Assembly (NCBI GenBank): GCA_038087875.1
Contig: CM075988.1
Coordinates: 19,284,001-19,348,000 of the forward strand
Reading direction: 5' to 3'
DNA from: Malacoraja senta
Taxonomy: Eukaryota
Length of the DNA: 64,000 bases
A model generated the notes under the pieces. That model saw only the letters and a list, made by a program, of their open reading frames with translations. It did not search any database and was not told the DNA's origin. Shown piece after piece: positions 12,617 to 25,044 of this stretch. Numbering within the stretch: position 1 is the first letter of the stretch; every line of letters starts with the position of its first letter. The position numbers and the translations under genes were made by a program.

Positions 12617-13074
12617 GTTATAGAGTTATACCGCATGGAAACAGGCCCTTCGGCCCAACTTGCCAGAAGGGCCAACATGTCCCATCTACACTAGTCCCAC
12701 ATGCCTGCGTTTGGCCCGTATCCTTCTAAACCTGTCCTATCCATGTACCTGTTTAAATGCTTCTTAAACATTGTGATAGTACCTGTCTCAACTACCTCCT
12801 CCAGCAGCTCGTTCCATACACCCGCCTCTTTGAAAAAGTTACCCCTCAGATTCCTATTAAATCTTTCCCTCACCTTAAACCTTTGTCCTCTGTTTCTCCA
12901 TTCCCCTACTCTGGGCAAGAGACTCTGTGCGCCCACCCGATCTATTCCTCTCATGATTTTATACACAGCTATAAGATCGCCCCTCATCCTCCAGCACTCC
13001 AAGGAATAAACTCCTAGCCTGCTCAACTCTATCCATATAACTCAGGCTCTCAAGTCCTGGCAACATCCTCATAA
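12617..13074 (-). mobile_element. CR1 LINE 3' fragment
   Basis: ORF 12691..13026 LGVYSLE..RMRGDLIAVYKI. Confidence 0.85.
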
Positions 13075-13207
13075 AAGCTGAATGAAATATAAATTAGAAA
13101 ATGCATTTAACTGATTAAATTGGTAATTTTGTTTGAAGTTTTCTATGAATTGCTCAACTTAATCTTATTGTTGGTACATAGCCAGACACAAACTTAAACA
13201 ATAGCTG

Positions 13208-14088
13208 AGTCTGTTCGTATTGGTGGAAATGTGTCAGCCTCAATAACAATCAGCACAGGAGCACCTCAAGGCTGCGTGCTCAGCCCCCTGCTGTACTCAA
13301 TCTGTACTCATGACTGCGTAGCCGGTCATATTGCGAACTCAATCATCAAGTTCGCTGACGACACCACTTTGTGGGACGTATCACTTATGGAGACGTCAGA
13401 GTATGGAAGTGAGATCGACCGATTGACCAAATGGTGCCAGCACAATAACCTGGCAAACCCAGCACAACACCAGCAAAACCAAGGAAGATTGTGGACTTTG
13501 GAAGGGGTAGGATGGGGACCCACAGTCCCGTTTATATCAACGGGTCGATGGTGGAAAGGGTCAAGAGCTTCAAATTCCTGGGCATGCATATCTCTGAAGA
13601 TCTCTCCTGGTCCCAGAACATTGATGCAATTATAAAGAAAGCACATCAGCGCCTCTACTTCCTGAGAAGATTACGGAGAGTCGGTGTGTCAAAGAGGACT
13701 CTCTCGAACTTCTACAGATGCACAGTAGAGAGAATGCTGACTGGTTGCATCGTGGCTTGTTTCGGCAACTTGAGCGTCCAGGAGCGGAAAAGACTGCAAA
13801 AGGTTGTAAACACTGCCCAGTCCATCATCGGCTCTAACCTCCCTACCATCGAGGCGATCTATCGCAGTCGCTGCCTCAAAGAGGCTGGCAGCTTCATCAA
13901 CGACGCACACCATCCTGGCCACACACTCGTCTCTCCGCTGCCTTCAGGTAGATGGTACAGGAACCTGAAATCTGCAACATCCAGGTTCAGGAATAGCTAC
14001 TTCCCCACAGCCATCAGACTATTAAACCCAACTCAAACAAAAATCTGAATTTTAATAGCCTATTGTACTTTATTTGCTTATTTATGTG

Positions 14089-14128
<40 letters not shown>

Positions 14129-14275
14129 GGTATATGGACACACTGATCTGTTCTGTATTTACTTATGCCTACAATATTCTGTTGTGCTGAAGCAAAGCAA
14201 GAATTTCATTGTCCTATCTGGGACACATGACAATAAACTCTCTTGAATCTCTTGTATCTTGAATCTTGAATCTTG
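13208..14275 (+). mobile_element. Rex1/Babar-type LINE, 5' truncated
   Basis: TGAPQGCVLSPLLYS..THDC..IIKFADDT..KFLG..KKAHQRLYFLRRL; (TCTTGAA)n tail. Confidence 0.85.
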
Positions 14276-14605
14276 GAATCAGTGTGGTGAATGTTCTGGT
14301 CCTGTGTGCTGTGTTATTATGAGAACACTTACTATCATCCAGCCATAAGACTATAAAGACTGAATGTGGATGGAAACATTATTTTACTGGTGATACTTCA
14401 AATATTTGACAAATGGAACCTTACACTGGAGTCATAGCTGATTATGAATCCAAGGTACCCTTGCATATCATAAATTGGAGGATACTGCACACATTGCTTC
14501 TGTAGTGTTAATCCATCCAGCTATATCGTATGCTAAAATACCAAAATATACAGATCTACTGAGAAACTTTTGCAAAATGATAACTTAATCTATTTCTGTC
14601 GGTAT

Positions 14606-14910
14606 AGTTTAGTTTAGTTTAGTTTAGAGATACAGTGCGGAAACAGGCCCTTCGGCCCACCGAGTCCGCACCGACCAGCGACCAGCGATCCCCATGCACT
14701 GACACTACCCTTCACACTAGGGACATTTTACAATTTTACCAGAGCCAATTAGTCTACAGACCTGTATGTCTTTGGAGTGTGGGAGGAAACTGGAGAAAAC
14801 CCACAGAGGCCACTGGAAGAACGTGCAAACTCCACACGGACAACATCCAGGATCAAACCTGGGTCTCTGGTGCTGGAAGGCGGCAACTCTACCTCTGTGG
14901 CACTGTGCCT
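14606..14910 (-). mobile_element. V-SINE (HE1-like)
   Basis: Head, V-domain and tail on -. Confidence 0.85.
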
Positions 14911-15865
14911 GCTGGTTGCGTTTGAAGGAGGTCTCATGTCCAATAAAGTGAGAATAATGCTGGGAAAATCAAAAAGTTTCAGATGCTGGATATCTGAAAT
15001 ACAAACAGAAAAAGCTCGGAACACTCAACTGGTCAGAGAACATCAGTGGAAGGAGAGTCAGGGTTCATATTTCAGGTCAAAAACCCTTTGTCGGAGCTGG
15101 GAAAGAGAGAAGATAAATTAGTGTTAACTTGTGAAGAGGATGGATAGGACAGAGGGAATATCTCTGAAAGGGTGAAACCAGGGTTGCCCTGGAGATAAGC
15201 TGTAGGTCAAGTAATGTGGTTGACATGTCAAGAGGAAAATTCAAGTAAGATAGATGGAGAAAGGGTCATAGTCATATAGCATGGAAACAGGCCCTTCGTC
15301 CCAACTCGCCGTGCTGACCAAGATCTAGTTTTGAGTTTAGTTTATTGTCACATTTACTGAGGTACGGAGTGCATACAGAGTATAGATTATTTGCAGAGCA
15401 GCCACCTCATCTACGAAAATGCCGTGCTCTTCACTATTGTAGCAACATGGATCTTTGTCAATTTATGGTTAAAATGAAATGATCCCCAGAGATGGCACTG
15501 CTCCCTGTCTGCTGCCCTGGTGTAACTGGTGTCCTGGTGTGCCAAGGGAGTGTGTTGGAACCCACACCCTCAGCTTTGTCAGAAGGAGTTGAGTGAATGA
15601 ATGAGTGGACAAGGTGAATGCAGGTCCAAGCAGAAAGTATTCTCTGAGGTGGGATTTCCAATTTAAACACAGTTCATACCCTTGCTCAGAATGATATGGC
15701 TGTCCCAGGTATAATTAAGGAACAAATTTGTGCTGTAGAGTAATGTCCATCGGGAATTTCCGTTTAAGTCTTTACAGATAGATTCCACATAAATTGTGTA
15801 ATCAGTAGAACGGACTGGTATCTTCCAACTGTGCTTGGAATGTGATTTTATTTTTGTATTGACAT

Positions 15866-16230
15866 AGAGTCAGAGTCATAGAGTGATACAGTGTGGAAAC
15901 AGGCCCTTCGGCCCAACTTGCCCACACCAGCCAACATGTCCCAGCTTCACTAGTCCCACCTGCCTGTGCTTGGTCCATATCCCTCCAACCCTGTCCTATC
16001 CATGTACCTGTCTATCTGTTTCTTAAACGATGGGATAGTCCCAGCCTCAACTACCTCCTCTGGCAGCTTGTTCCGTACACTCACCACCCTTTGTGTGAAA
16101 AGGTTACCCCTCAGATTCCTATTAAATCTTTTCTCCTTCACCTTGAACCTATGTCCTCTGGGCCTCGATTCCCCTACTCTGGGCAAGAGACTCTGCATCT
16201 ACCCGATCTATTCCTCTCATGATTTTGTAC
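15866..16230 (-). mobile_element. CR1 LINE 3' fragment
   Basis: ORF 15950..16198 RGHRFKV..RFNRNLRGNLFTQRVV. Confidence 0.85.
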
Positions 16231-16413
16231 ACATAACTCAGGACGACTCCTTTGCCCTGCTGGAATCCAATTATCTCCTTGGAGGCTGTGGAGAGTGATC
16301 ACCTCTACCCCCCCCCTCTCCAACTCTGATCATCGAGTCAGTGAACGTGTGAATAGGATTCTGTGGGTATTCATTGTCTTTGTTCGGGTCAGGGCTACAT
16401 CAGAGTGTAGAGC

Positions 16414-17184
16414 TGTAAATAGCTCGTGCTAAGCTTCCCCAGTCTAGTTTCAGTCAATAAAATACTGAGTCAAGCACTTGCGCATCTAAACTTTATTTTG
16501 GAAAAACACAATAACAGTTCCCCACTACTATACCTAACCACCGCGGGTTTGATCCTTGTACCTGCTTGATCAAGCCCTCCTAGCCTCGTGCAAGCAGGGA
16601 CACTACAGAAGGTCACGCAGTCCCAAGCGTTTTCCCAGAAGATCGACACAGGACCTCGTGGGAGCGGCCTTTTATAGGTCCCCGAACCTTGAGGGGCCGA
16701 ACCACATGGGGGTGGTCTCTATACAGTCCAATAACAGATATCGATTAACACAGTACATGATAGACATTTCCCTAACCCAATAAAACAGTGACTAATACAA
16801 TGTATCTGACAAAGTTTCTAGATGCGACTTAACAGAGATGAATTATGCAACATGTGCCTGGATATTCAAGAAACCCAGTCAAGGCTCAACACTTAACCCA
16901 ATCAACATCTAGCAAAATAAAGTTTTACAACAATATTTACAATGTGTATGTCTGGTTTGCATTCATCCAATCCGTTCCATGCAATTTACACCTAATTGTC
17001 AGAATCTGCAGATGTTCCATTCACTTCCTGCAACTCTTATCTAGGCTCTAGACAAACTGGCACCATTCTGCAGCTTGTCCCATTTCTGCAAAAAGCATAT
17101 TTAAATTGACCAAATGGCCTAGCAGCCCAGAAGCCTTGACTCAATTTTAGTGTCCTGGCATCTCCAATTTGGCCAGAATTAACA
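16414..17184 (-). mobile_element. Solo LTR (~770 bp)
   Basis: TG...CA ends; flanks GAGC/GGGC (4-bp TSD, 1 mismatch); homologous over its full length to 46530-47291. Confidence 0.85.
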
Positions 17185-17596
17185 GGGCAATCCATCAGCA
17201 TGCCAACAGGACAGAGGACACAAGGAACTGCAGATAGACACAAAGTGCTTCTGTAAATTGCACCTAGTGTGCACGATAGAACTAGTGTTTGGGTGATTGC
17301 TGGTCAGCATGGAATTGGTGGGCCTGTTTCCACGTTGCACCTCTAAATTAAAGGTCAGGCAGGTCTGGAGAAATGGAATGGGTGAAGTTTTGGGTCAGAA
17401 TCCTTCTTCAAACTGAAAGATGTAGGTGGGGACAGGGGGGTGGGGGAAGGGGGGGGGGTGCAAGATGATTGGAAACTGGAGGCAAGAAAAGGCCGGAACA
17501 AATCAGGGTCGGCAACACATAACCTCAGGAAGGGCGGAGTCCCTAATGACCCATTATATATATAGGAAAGAACTGCTGATGATGGTTTAAATTGAA

Positions 17597-17780
17597 GATA
17601 AACACAAAATGCTGGAGTAACTCAGCGGGATTGGTAGCATCTCTGGGAAGAAGGAATGGGTGATGTTTCAGGTCGAGTCTTTTCTTCAGACACGAAGGAT
17701 CTCGACCCAAAACTTCACCCATTCCTTCTCTCCAGAGATGCTTCCTGTCCCGCTGAGTTACTCCTGTACTTTGTGTCTGT
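17597..17780. mobile_element. Penelope-derived inverted (palindromic) unit
   Basis: Two head-to-head copies of the Penelope terminal block. Confidence 0.7.
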
Positions 17781-18004
17781 ATATGTATCGATACTAGACT
17801 AAGTGGGACCCGTTGGGTCCCATGTTCCCATGTTCAGGGCAGGTCCCCCAATGCAATATTCCACCTCTCCACCAATTCCAATATTGGTGGCCAGTGGGTG
17901 GGGGGGGGGGGGGGGGCTTTCTGGAGCGTTAGAATGGGTGTTGTGTGCCGAAGGGGCTGGTTTCTAGAGAGCTAGTGTGGACATTGTGGGCCAAATGGGT
18001 TATT

Positions 18005-18262
18005 GGGCTGGCAGCTCAGTCACTCAAGCCTGGTGCACTGGCAGCTCAATCACTCAGGCCTGGTGGGCTGGCAGCTCAGTCACTCTGGCCTAGTGGGCTG
18101 GCAGCTTAGTCACTCAGGCCTGGTGGGCTGGCAGCTCAGTCACTCTGGCCTAGTGGGCTGGCAGCTTAGTCACTCAGGCCTGGTGGGCTGGCAGCTCAGT
18201 CACTCAGGGCTGGCGGGCTGGCAGATCAGTCACTCAGGGCTGGTGGGCTTGCAGTTCACTCA
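18005..18262. repeat. 30-bp minisatellite (~8 units) inside Helitron copy 2
   Basis: GCTGGCAGCTCAGTCACTCAGGCCTGGTGG repeats. Confidence 0.9.
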
Positions 18263-18277
18263 CGGCTATTCCTTTCC

Positions 18278-18880
18278 ATTTCAAGCAGAGTGCAGGCCAC
18301 CAAAGACAATTTCATAGCATTTCAAGCAGAGTGCAGGCCGTCAAATTCAATTTCGTAGCATTTCAAGCAGAGTGCTGGCCGCCAAATTCAATTTCATAGC
18401 ATTTCAGGCAGAGTGCAGGCCGCCAAATTCAATTTCATAACATTTCAGGCAGAGTGCAGGCCGCCAAACTCAATTTCATAGCATTTCATGCAGAGTGCAG
18501 GCTGCCAAACTCAATTTCACAGCATTTCAGGCAGAGTGCAGGCCGCCAAACTCAATTTCATAGCATTTCAGGCAACGTACAGGCCACCATACTCAATTTC
18601 ACAGCATTTCAGGCAGAGTGCAGGCCACCAAACTCAATTTCACAGCATTTCAGGCAGAGTGCAGGTCACCAAATTCAATTTCACACCATTTCTGGCAGAG
18701 TGCAGGCCACCAAACTCAATTTCACGGCATTCCGGGCAGAGTGCAGGCCACCAAACTCAATTTCACGGCATTCTGGGCAGAGTGCAGGCAAGCAAATGCA
18801 ATTTCACAGCATTTCAAGCAGAGTGCAGGCCACCAAATTCAATTTCACAGCATTTCAAGCAGAGTGCAGGCCACCAAATT
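18278..18880. repeat. 41-bp minisatellite (~15 units) inside Helitron copy 2
   Basis: ATTTCAGGCAGAGTGCAGGCCACCAAACTCAATTTCACAGC repeats. Confidence 0.95.
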
Positions 18881-19011
18881 GCTAAACAACTCATTGCATT
18901 GTCATTAAGGGCTTACAAATAATTTATTGCAAGTACATTGCAGACTCACAGTTCAGTTGATTCACAGCTTAGAATCACAGTTGTGGACTCTCCCTCGTGA
19001 TCTTCCAGAGT

Positions 19012-19108
19012 GACTGACTCACGTCCAAGCATCCGGGGTTTTATAGTCCTGCCCCCCTCAGAAGGGGCGTTACCTTCATCGTGGTGATTGACAGGCGAGA
19101 GGACCAAT
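19012..19108 (-). promoter_or_regulatory. Putative Pol II promoter module within the Helitron
   Basis: CCAAT 19104-19108, TGATTGACAG 19085-19094, TATAAAA (-) 19039-19045, Inr-like TCAGTC with its A 30 nt downstream of the TATA start. Confidence 0.5.
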
Positions 19109-19895
19109 CAGCTGTTCTCAAGATTTTTTAAACACTCATAACTTTTTTATTTTTCATCGACCGGAAAAATCCTCGGGACTGCCTCAGCGGAGGAGGACTG
19201 TGAGTAAGATGGTCAAAAATCATAGCGATATATGTTAGCATTTTTCTAAAATCAATATACAGCGCAGACAGGAAGTGGTCAAGATGAGACTTTTAGTCAT
19301 ATAGATATATATATATATTCACACATATGTAGCCAGACGAAACACCAACAGCATTAATTTGGTTTTGCTGCTGCTGTTGACAATCAAGGGAAATGCTTAA
19401 ATGGCTGTGAGACAGTCCTTCAATGGTGCATGACCTACTATTTGAGAGAAGTTTAAACCAAAAGCTACATACATACTGCATGAGTTGTATTGCCACCTGC
19501 TGTTACATATGTATTCCCCACAGTCAAGGGAAATGTTCACCACTGTTTCCAAGTCAACTCAATGGAGTCATTTCTCAAAATAAAACTCGCCGTACAATGC
19601 ATAAAATATGTCTCCTGGACAGCGGCAAAATCAATACTGACAAACGCATTCCAGACTCGCTGGGGAAAAGCTGTGAGCCAGGTTTTACAGATAGGACCGT
19701 GGCGTTTAAATCTCTGCTCTTGCTTTCTTCAGTTCCTGTCATTGTGGAGATTCCTCCTTCGTCCCAGGGAAAACAAGCCCTTCCTGTCATAGAGTCATAG
19801 AGTCATAGTCGTAGACTGGGAGAATCTTTGCAAGGACAACCTCCTCTGCACTCTCTTCCTGCCAGTTACATCCCTCCTGTCATGTGGCAAATAGA

Positions 19896-20203
19896 GGGCG
19901 GCACGGTGGCACAGCGGTAGAGTTGCTGACTTACAGGGCTTGCAGCGCCAGGGACATTGGTTCGATCTTGCCTATACGTGCTCTCTGAACGGAATGTGTG
20001 CCTTCTCCCCGTGGGTTTTCTCCAAGATCTTCGGTTTCCTCCCACACTCCAAAGACATATAGGTTTGTAGGTTAATTGGCTTGGAACAGGTGTAAATTAT
20101 CCACAGTGTGTGTAGGATAGTGTTAATGTGCGGGGATCGCTGGTCGGAGCAGACTCGGTGAGCCAAAAGCCTGTTTCCTCGCAGTATCTCTAAACTAAAC
20201 TAA
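19896..20203 (+). mobile_element. V-SINE (HE1-like)
   Basis: Full tRNA head GGGCGGCACGGTGGCACAGCGGTAGAG, V-domain, (CTAAA)n tail. Confidence 0.85.
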
Positions 20204-20384
20204 ATGCGCACAATACTCCAAGTGCTGCTTAACCATCACTTTCCGAATTTACAACATTATGTCCCAGCTTTTATGTGCCCCAGCCTATGATGGTAAAGGT
20301 CCCATAATCACCACCCAATCAACCTGTGTTGTCTATGGACTTGAACCAAATCTTGAATCAAGGTGTTTCTGTTCACAACATTCC

Positions 20385-20950
20385 TTCCCAATTTCCTAAG
20401 AGCACATCAAGCTTTGCTCTCTCCCTTGTTGGACCCTCTACATATTGCACGAGGAAACTTTCCTGAATACATTTGACAAATTCCACTGTATCTGAGTTCT
20501 TTGCACTATGACAGCCCCAGTTTATATTGGGAAAGTTAAAAGCCCCCACTATGACAACCCTATTAGTATTGCAGCATGCAATGTCCTGGCATATTTGTTC
20601 TTCTAATTCCCATTAACTATTTGGGGGGCTGTAGTACATTCCCAACAAGGTGATCATCCCCTTTTTTTATTTCTCAGATCCATCCATATAGCCTCACTGG
20701 ATGAACCCACAGTAATGTAATCTTGGACTACTGCTGTGGCATTCTCCTTAATCAATAAAGCAACACACCCTGCTATCTCATCTATCTCTCTCAGTTGCAC
20801 TTGTATCCTGAAATATTGTACTGCCAGTCCTGCCCCTCCTTCAGCCAAGTATCTGTAAAGGCTATGACCTCCCAGAGGCCCAATCCTAACGATGCCCTGT
20901 GTTCATCCCCTTTACCAAGCCTTTGCATTGAAATAAATGCAACTTAAACC
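20385..20950 (-). mobile_element. Old CR1 ORF2 endonuclease fragment
   Basis: GCVALLIKE...SSEAIWMDLRNKK, FNFPNINW, QESFL..YVEGPTR on -. Confidence 0.7.
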
Positions 20951-21264
20951 AACTGTCCTGACTACCTATGTGCCTTGCCCCTGTCTATCCAGTCCACTGA
21001 ACTTTCTTTCATCATAATAGACCATAGACAATTGGACTTAGGACCAGAATTAGGCCATTCAGCCCATCAAGTCTATTCTTCCATTCTTCCATAGTTGATC
21101 GATTTTGTCCTCTCAACCCCATTCTCCTGCCCTCTCCCCATCACCTCCTATACTGAATTCCAGCCTTTCACCTGCCTCACTTCTGCATTGGATCCTGTCC
21201 CCCTGCCAATCTAGTTTAAACCCTCCTGAGTATCGCTTGCAAACCCACCTGCCAGGATACTGGT

Positions 21265-21775
21265 TCCACGAACTCTTTCTAACATTCACACAAACCAACC
21301 ACTCTTCCAATGACTCCATCCACACATCACGCTGCCTCGGCAAGGCCACCAGCAAAATCAAGAACCAGTCTCATCCCGGTCTCTCCCTCTTCACCCCTCT
21401 CCCATCAGACAAGAGGTACAGAAGTTTGAAAATGCACACCTGCAGATTCAGGGACAGTTCTTTACCAGCTGTTATCAGGCAACGGAACTGTCTTCTCACA
21501 AGCTAGAATGCAGTCCTGATCTCTTATCTACCCCATTTGAGACCTTTGAACATTCTTTAATTGGACTTTATTGGGCAAAACAATTGGACTATCTTTAATC
21601 AAACTTTACTGGACATTATCTTCCATTAAACGTTGTACCTTTTATCCTGCATCTGTACACTGTGGACGGCTTGATTATAATCATGTATAGTCTTTTCCTT
21701 GATGATAGCATGCAGCAAAAAGCTTTTCAACTGTACCTTGGTACACATGACAATAATAAATTAAACTAAACTAAC
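21265..21775 (+). mobile_element. Rex1/Babar-type LINE 3' fragment
   Basis: SRCLGKATSKIKNQSHPG..PLPSDKRYRSLK..RFRDS; GACAATAA-(AACTA)n end. Confidence 0.7.
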
Positions 21776-22131
21776 TGTTTCTTGAAAGACTCTAACTTGT
21801 CAGTTTGTCAAAGCCAAACAGTAGAGCCGGTGCTACTGCTAAAGACATGTTGGTCTTTGGGAGTTTTATCCTTCTCCAAGGTATGAGAGTCCCTGGTAGT
21901 AGCAAGCTCATTTAATCATCTCTCCTGAATGAGGGACTGCACGAAGCCAACATCAGCCTTGGATTCTCAGCAGTGTTTCACTCCACTGCATCCATCCTTA
22001 ATCCCCTATAAGTAGTTGCCTTGTAGAACAAGTTAAGTTTATATACCCGTCCTGAGTTTATCAGTAAGTTGCACACATCTGTGCAGAGTTGGATTGGAAC
22101 TCGAACGTCACCCGGACAATTTGTGATTATT

Positions 22132-22426
22132 TAGTTTTAATTTAGAGATACAGTGCGGGAACAGGCCCATCCACCCACCGAGCCGCTCCTACCAGCGATA
22201 CTTGCGCACTAACACTATCCAACAATTATACAATTATACCAAGCCAATTAATCTGCAAACCTGATCATCTTTGGAGTGTGGGAAGAAACCGGAGATCCCA
22301 GAGAAAACCCATGCAAGGGAGAACGTACAAATTCCGTACAGACAAGCACCCGTAGTCAGGATCGAACTCGGGTCCCTGGTGCTGTAAGGCAGCAACACTA
22401 CCACTGCTGCTACACCATCGTGCTGC
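22132..22426 (-). mobile_element. V-SINE (HE1-like)
   Basis: Head, V-domain and tail on -. Confidence 0.8.
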
Positions 22427-22997
22427 CCAATATTATCTCCAACCATATTTAAATAACTAGGGCAGACAGCAACAAATGATTCTATAAATTATCTAACCTG
22501 GTGCCATGAAAGAGTAATTGCTCTTACATCCTCACACTTGTTTCGATAATTAGAACGTGTGCGGGTTTTTCTCTGGTTGAGATACAGTTAGAATCTTAGG
22601 CTCAAAAGGTAGATGTAAAATATCTATGTAAACTCATGTGCGCTGTCATCCTCACTATCGATTCCATCGACACTTCACGCTGCCTTGAGAAAGCCGCGAT
22701 TATTATCAAGGACCACTCTCCCCCCACCCACCCACCCCCCCATTCAGTCATTCCCTTTTCTCCTCTCCCAATGGAAAAAGATACAAAAGCTTGAAAGTTC
22801 ATACCACCAGACTCAAGAACAGCTTTCTCCCCGCTGTTATTAGAGTCCATAATGGTCCTCCCATAAACAGAGGTTTAGTCCTGTTCTTCCAACTTTCCTC
22901 ATTGTGAACCTTGCACTTTTTAATATCTGCATTCTCTCCCTGTAACCATAATTCGACTACAATATAACACTATATTCTGCACTCTGTTATTCTTCTG

Positions 22998-23591
22998 GTT
23001 TAGAGATACTTCGGGAAACACAGAGTCCGCGCCGACCCGCGATCCCTGTGCACTAGCACTATCCTACACACCAGGGACAATTTACAATCTTTACTGAAGC
23101 CAATTAACCTACAAACCTGTACAGCACCCAGTGTCAGGATTGAACCTGGGTCTCTGGCACTGTAAAGCCCCTGTCCCACTTAGGAGACCTAAACAGCAAC
23201 CTCTGGTGACGTTGCCCACCACCCAAGGTTTCCATGAGGTCACCGGAGGTTTTAGTCACTCTCCCTAATGGTCGAAAGTGGTTTCCGCGTGGTCAAGGCT
23301 TCATCTAGGTTGCTGCTATTTTTTCATCATGTTTAAAACCGGCCTCGACTAAAAATAGGTTGCCGTTTTCAAAACTGATAATTTTTTAGTCGCAGGTCTA
23401 GTCGAAGCCGGTTTTCTTCGTAGTCGAGGAAGGTTTTCAACATATGGGTGGGAGGTGGTAGGAGGTTGCAGGTCCCCTCGACCTTGATTTTTTTTTGGGT
23501 GGCGGGCAAGGTAACCAGAGGTTGCTGTTTAGGTCTCCTAAGTGGGACAGGGGCTTAGGCAGCAAATCTATTGCTGTGCCACTGTGCCGCC
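22998..23591 (-). mobile_element. V-SINE interrupted by a MITE
   Basis: SINE sequence is contiguous across 23165/23556 (CTGTAA|GGCAGC). Confidence 0.8.
23166..23555. mobile_element. PIF/Harbinger-type MITE
   Basis: Perfect ~42-bp TIR AGCCCCTGTCCCACTTAGGAGACCTAAACAGCAACCTCTGGT; TAA / TA flanks. Confidence 0.85.
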
Positions 23592-24195
23592 CTTCGCACT
23601 GCCTGTTGTACATGTGTGTGGTTTGACGGTATTCATGTGTAGTATGATTTGACTGGATAGCATGCAAACAAAAACTTTACACTGTATCTTAATCCTCGTG
23701 ACAATAACATAACAATACCATCACTCTGTATTCTTCTAAAATCTCCCTCTTTGACTGCTGCATTTCATCAGCTACTCTAAAATCTCCTTGTGTGGTTTGC
23801 TGTCAAATTCTGATTGTTAAAATTCCTGCGTAACTCCTTGGAATGTTAATAGCGTTATTTAAATTCATAACTATGTAAAGAACTGCAGGAAAGCTAGTAA
23901 ACATTGGGGGTTTGTAGAATATAATGTTTTGCAGAGTTTAGACATCAGTCAAATCTAGCGCTGATTTCTTCCATTCTAATGCACCATTTGTTTCATATAG
24001 GACATAGAACATAGAACAGCACATCACAGGGACAGGGCCCTTCAGCCCACAATGTCTGTGCCAAACATGATGCCAAGATAAACTAATCTCACCTGCCGAC
24101 CCCTAATCCATACCCCTCCATTCCCAAGGTAAAACCCAATATTTCGGAAAAACTCAGAGCTACATTAGTGGAGAGAAAAAAATCAAAGCCAATAT

Positions 24196-24513
24196 TTAGT
24201 TTAGTTTAGTTTAGAGATACAGTGCGGGAAGATGCCCTTCAGCCCACCGAGTCAGTACTGACCAGCAATCCCCGCACATTAGCACTACCCTACACACGCT
24301 AGGTATATTTTTTTACATTTTATACCAAGCCAATTAACCTACAAACCTGTACATCTTTGAAGTGTGGGAGGAAACCGAAGATCTTGGAGAAAACCCACGC
24401 AGGTCACGGGGAGAACATACAAACACTATACAGACAAGCACCCGCAGTCAGGATCGAACTCGGGTCTCTGGCGCTGTAAGCCAGTAGCTCTACCTCTACG
24501 TCATTGTGCTGCC
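24196..24513 (-). mobile_element. V-SINE (HE1-like)
   Basis: Head, V-domain and tail on -. Confidence 0.85.
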
Positions 24514-24728
24514 CAATGTTTTGCGGTCAATTGTAATGAACGTCTTTGACCTGAAACTCTAACAATTTTTCTGACACTCCTGACCAATTGAATGTTTCCA
24601 GCATTTTCTATTTTTATTTCAGATTTTCTACATTTGTGGGGTTTTATTTTTAGTTTCCTGCATTGGTTTAATAGGCTTTGGTGAGAGAAGATTTCTCCAC
24701 AATGATGGGGAACACCCCAAAACATATC

Positions 24729-25044
24729 CACGGTGGTGCAGCGGTAGAGTTGCTGCCTTACAGCGCTTGCAGCGCTGGAGACCCGGGTTCGATCCCGACT
24801 ACGGGTGCTGTCTATACGGAGTTTGTACGTTCTCACCGTGACCTGCGTGGGCTTTCTCCAACATCTTTGGTTTTCTCCCACACTCCAAAGACGTACAGGT
24901 TTGTAGGTTAATTGGCTTGGTATAAATGTAAATTGTCCCTCGTGTATGTAGGATAGTGCTAATGTGCAGATATCGTGTCGGAGTGGACCCGGTGGGCCAA
25001 AGGGTCAGTTTCCGCGCTGTATTTCTAAACTAAACTAAATTAAA
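24729..25044 (+). mobile_element. V-SINE (HE1-like)
   Basis: Head with B box GGTTCGATCCC, V-domain, tail; inverted relative to the 24196 copy. Confidence 0.85.

Larger units (their letters stand above)
17794..19305 (-). mobile_element. Non-autonomous Helitron, copy 2
   Basis: On -: A|TC 5' end, hairpin GGGACCC-AAC-GGGTCCC 7 nt before CTAG|T 3' end, no TSD. Confidence 0.9.

Noticed and set aside
18005..18880. Regular 30/41-bp repeats as a CRISPR array (also 11045-11640)
   Set aside because: Head-to-tail tandem units with no unique spacers, no cas genes, vertebrate context, and located inside a Helitron.
24729..24800. SINE heads as tRNA genes
   Set aside because: They continue into V-domain and LINE-derived tails; no complete cloverleaf.
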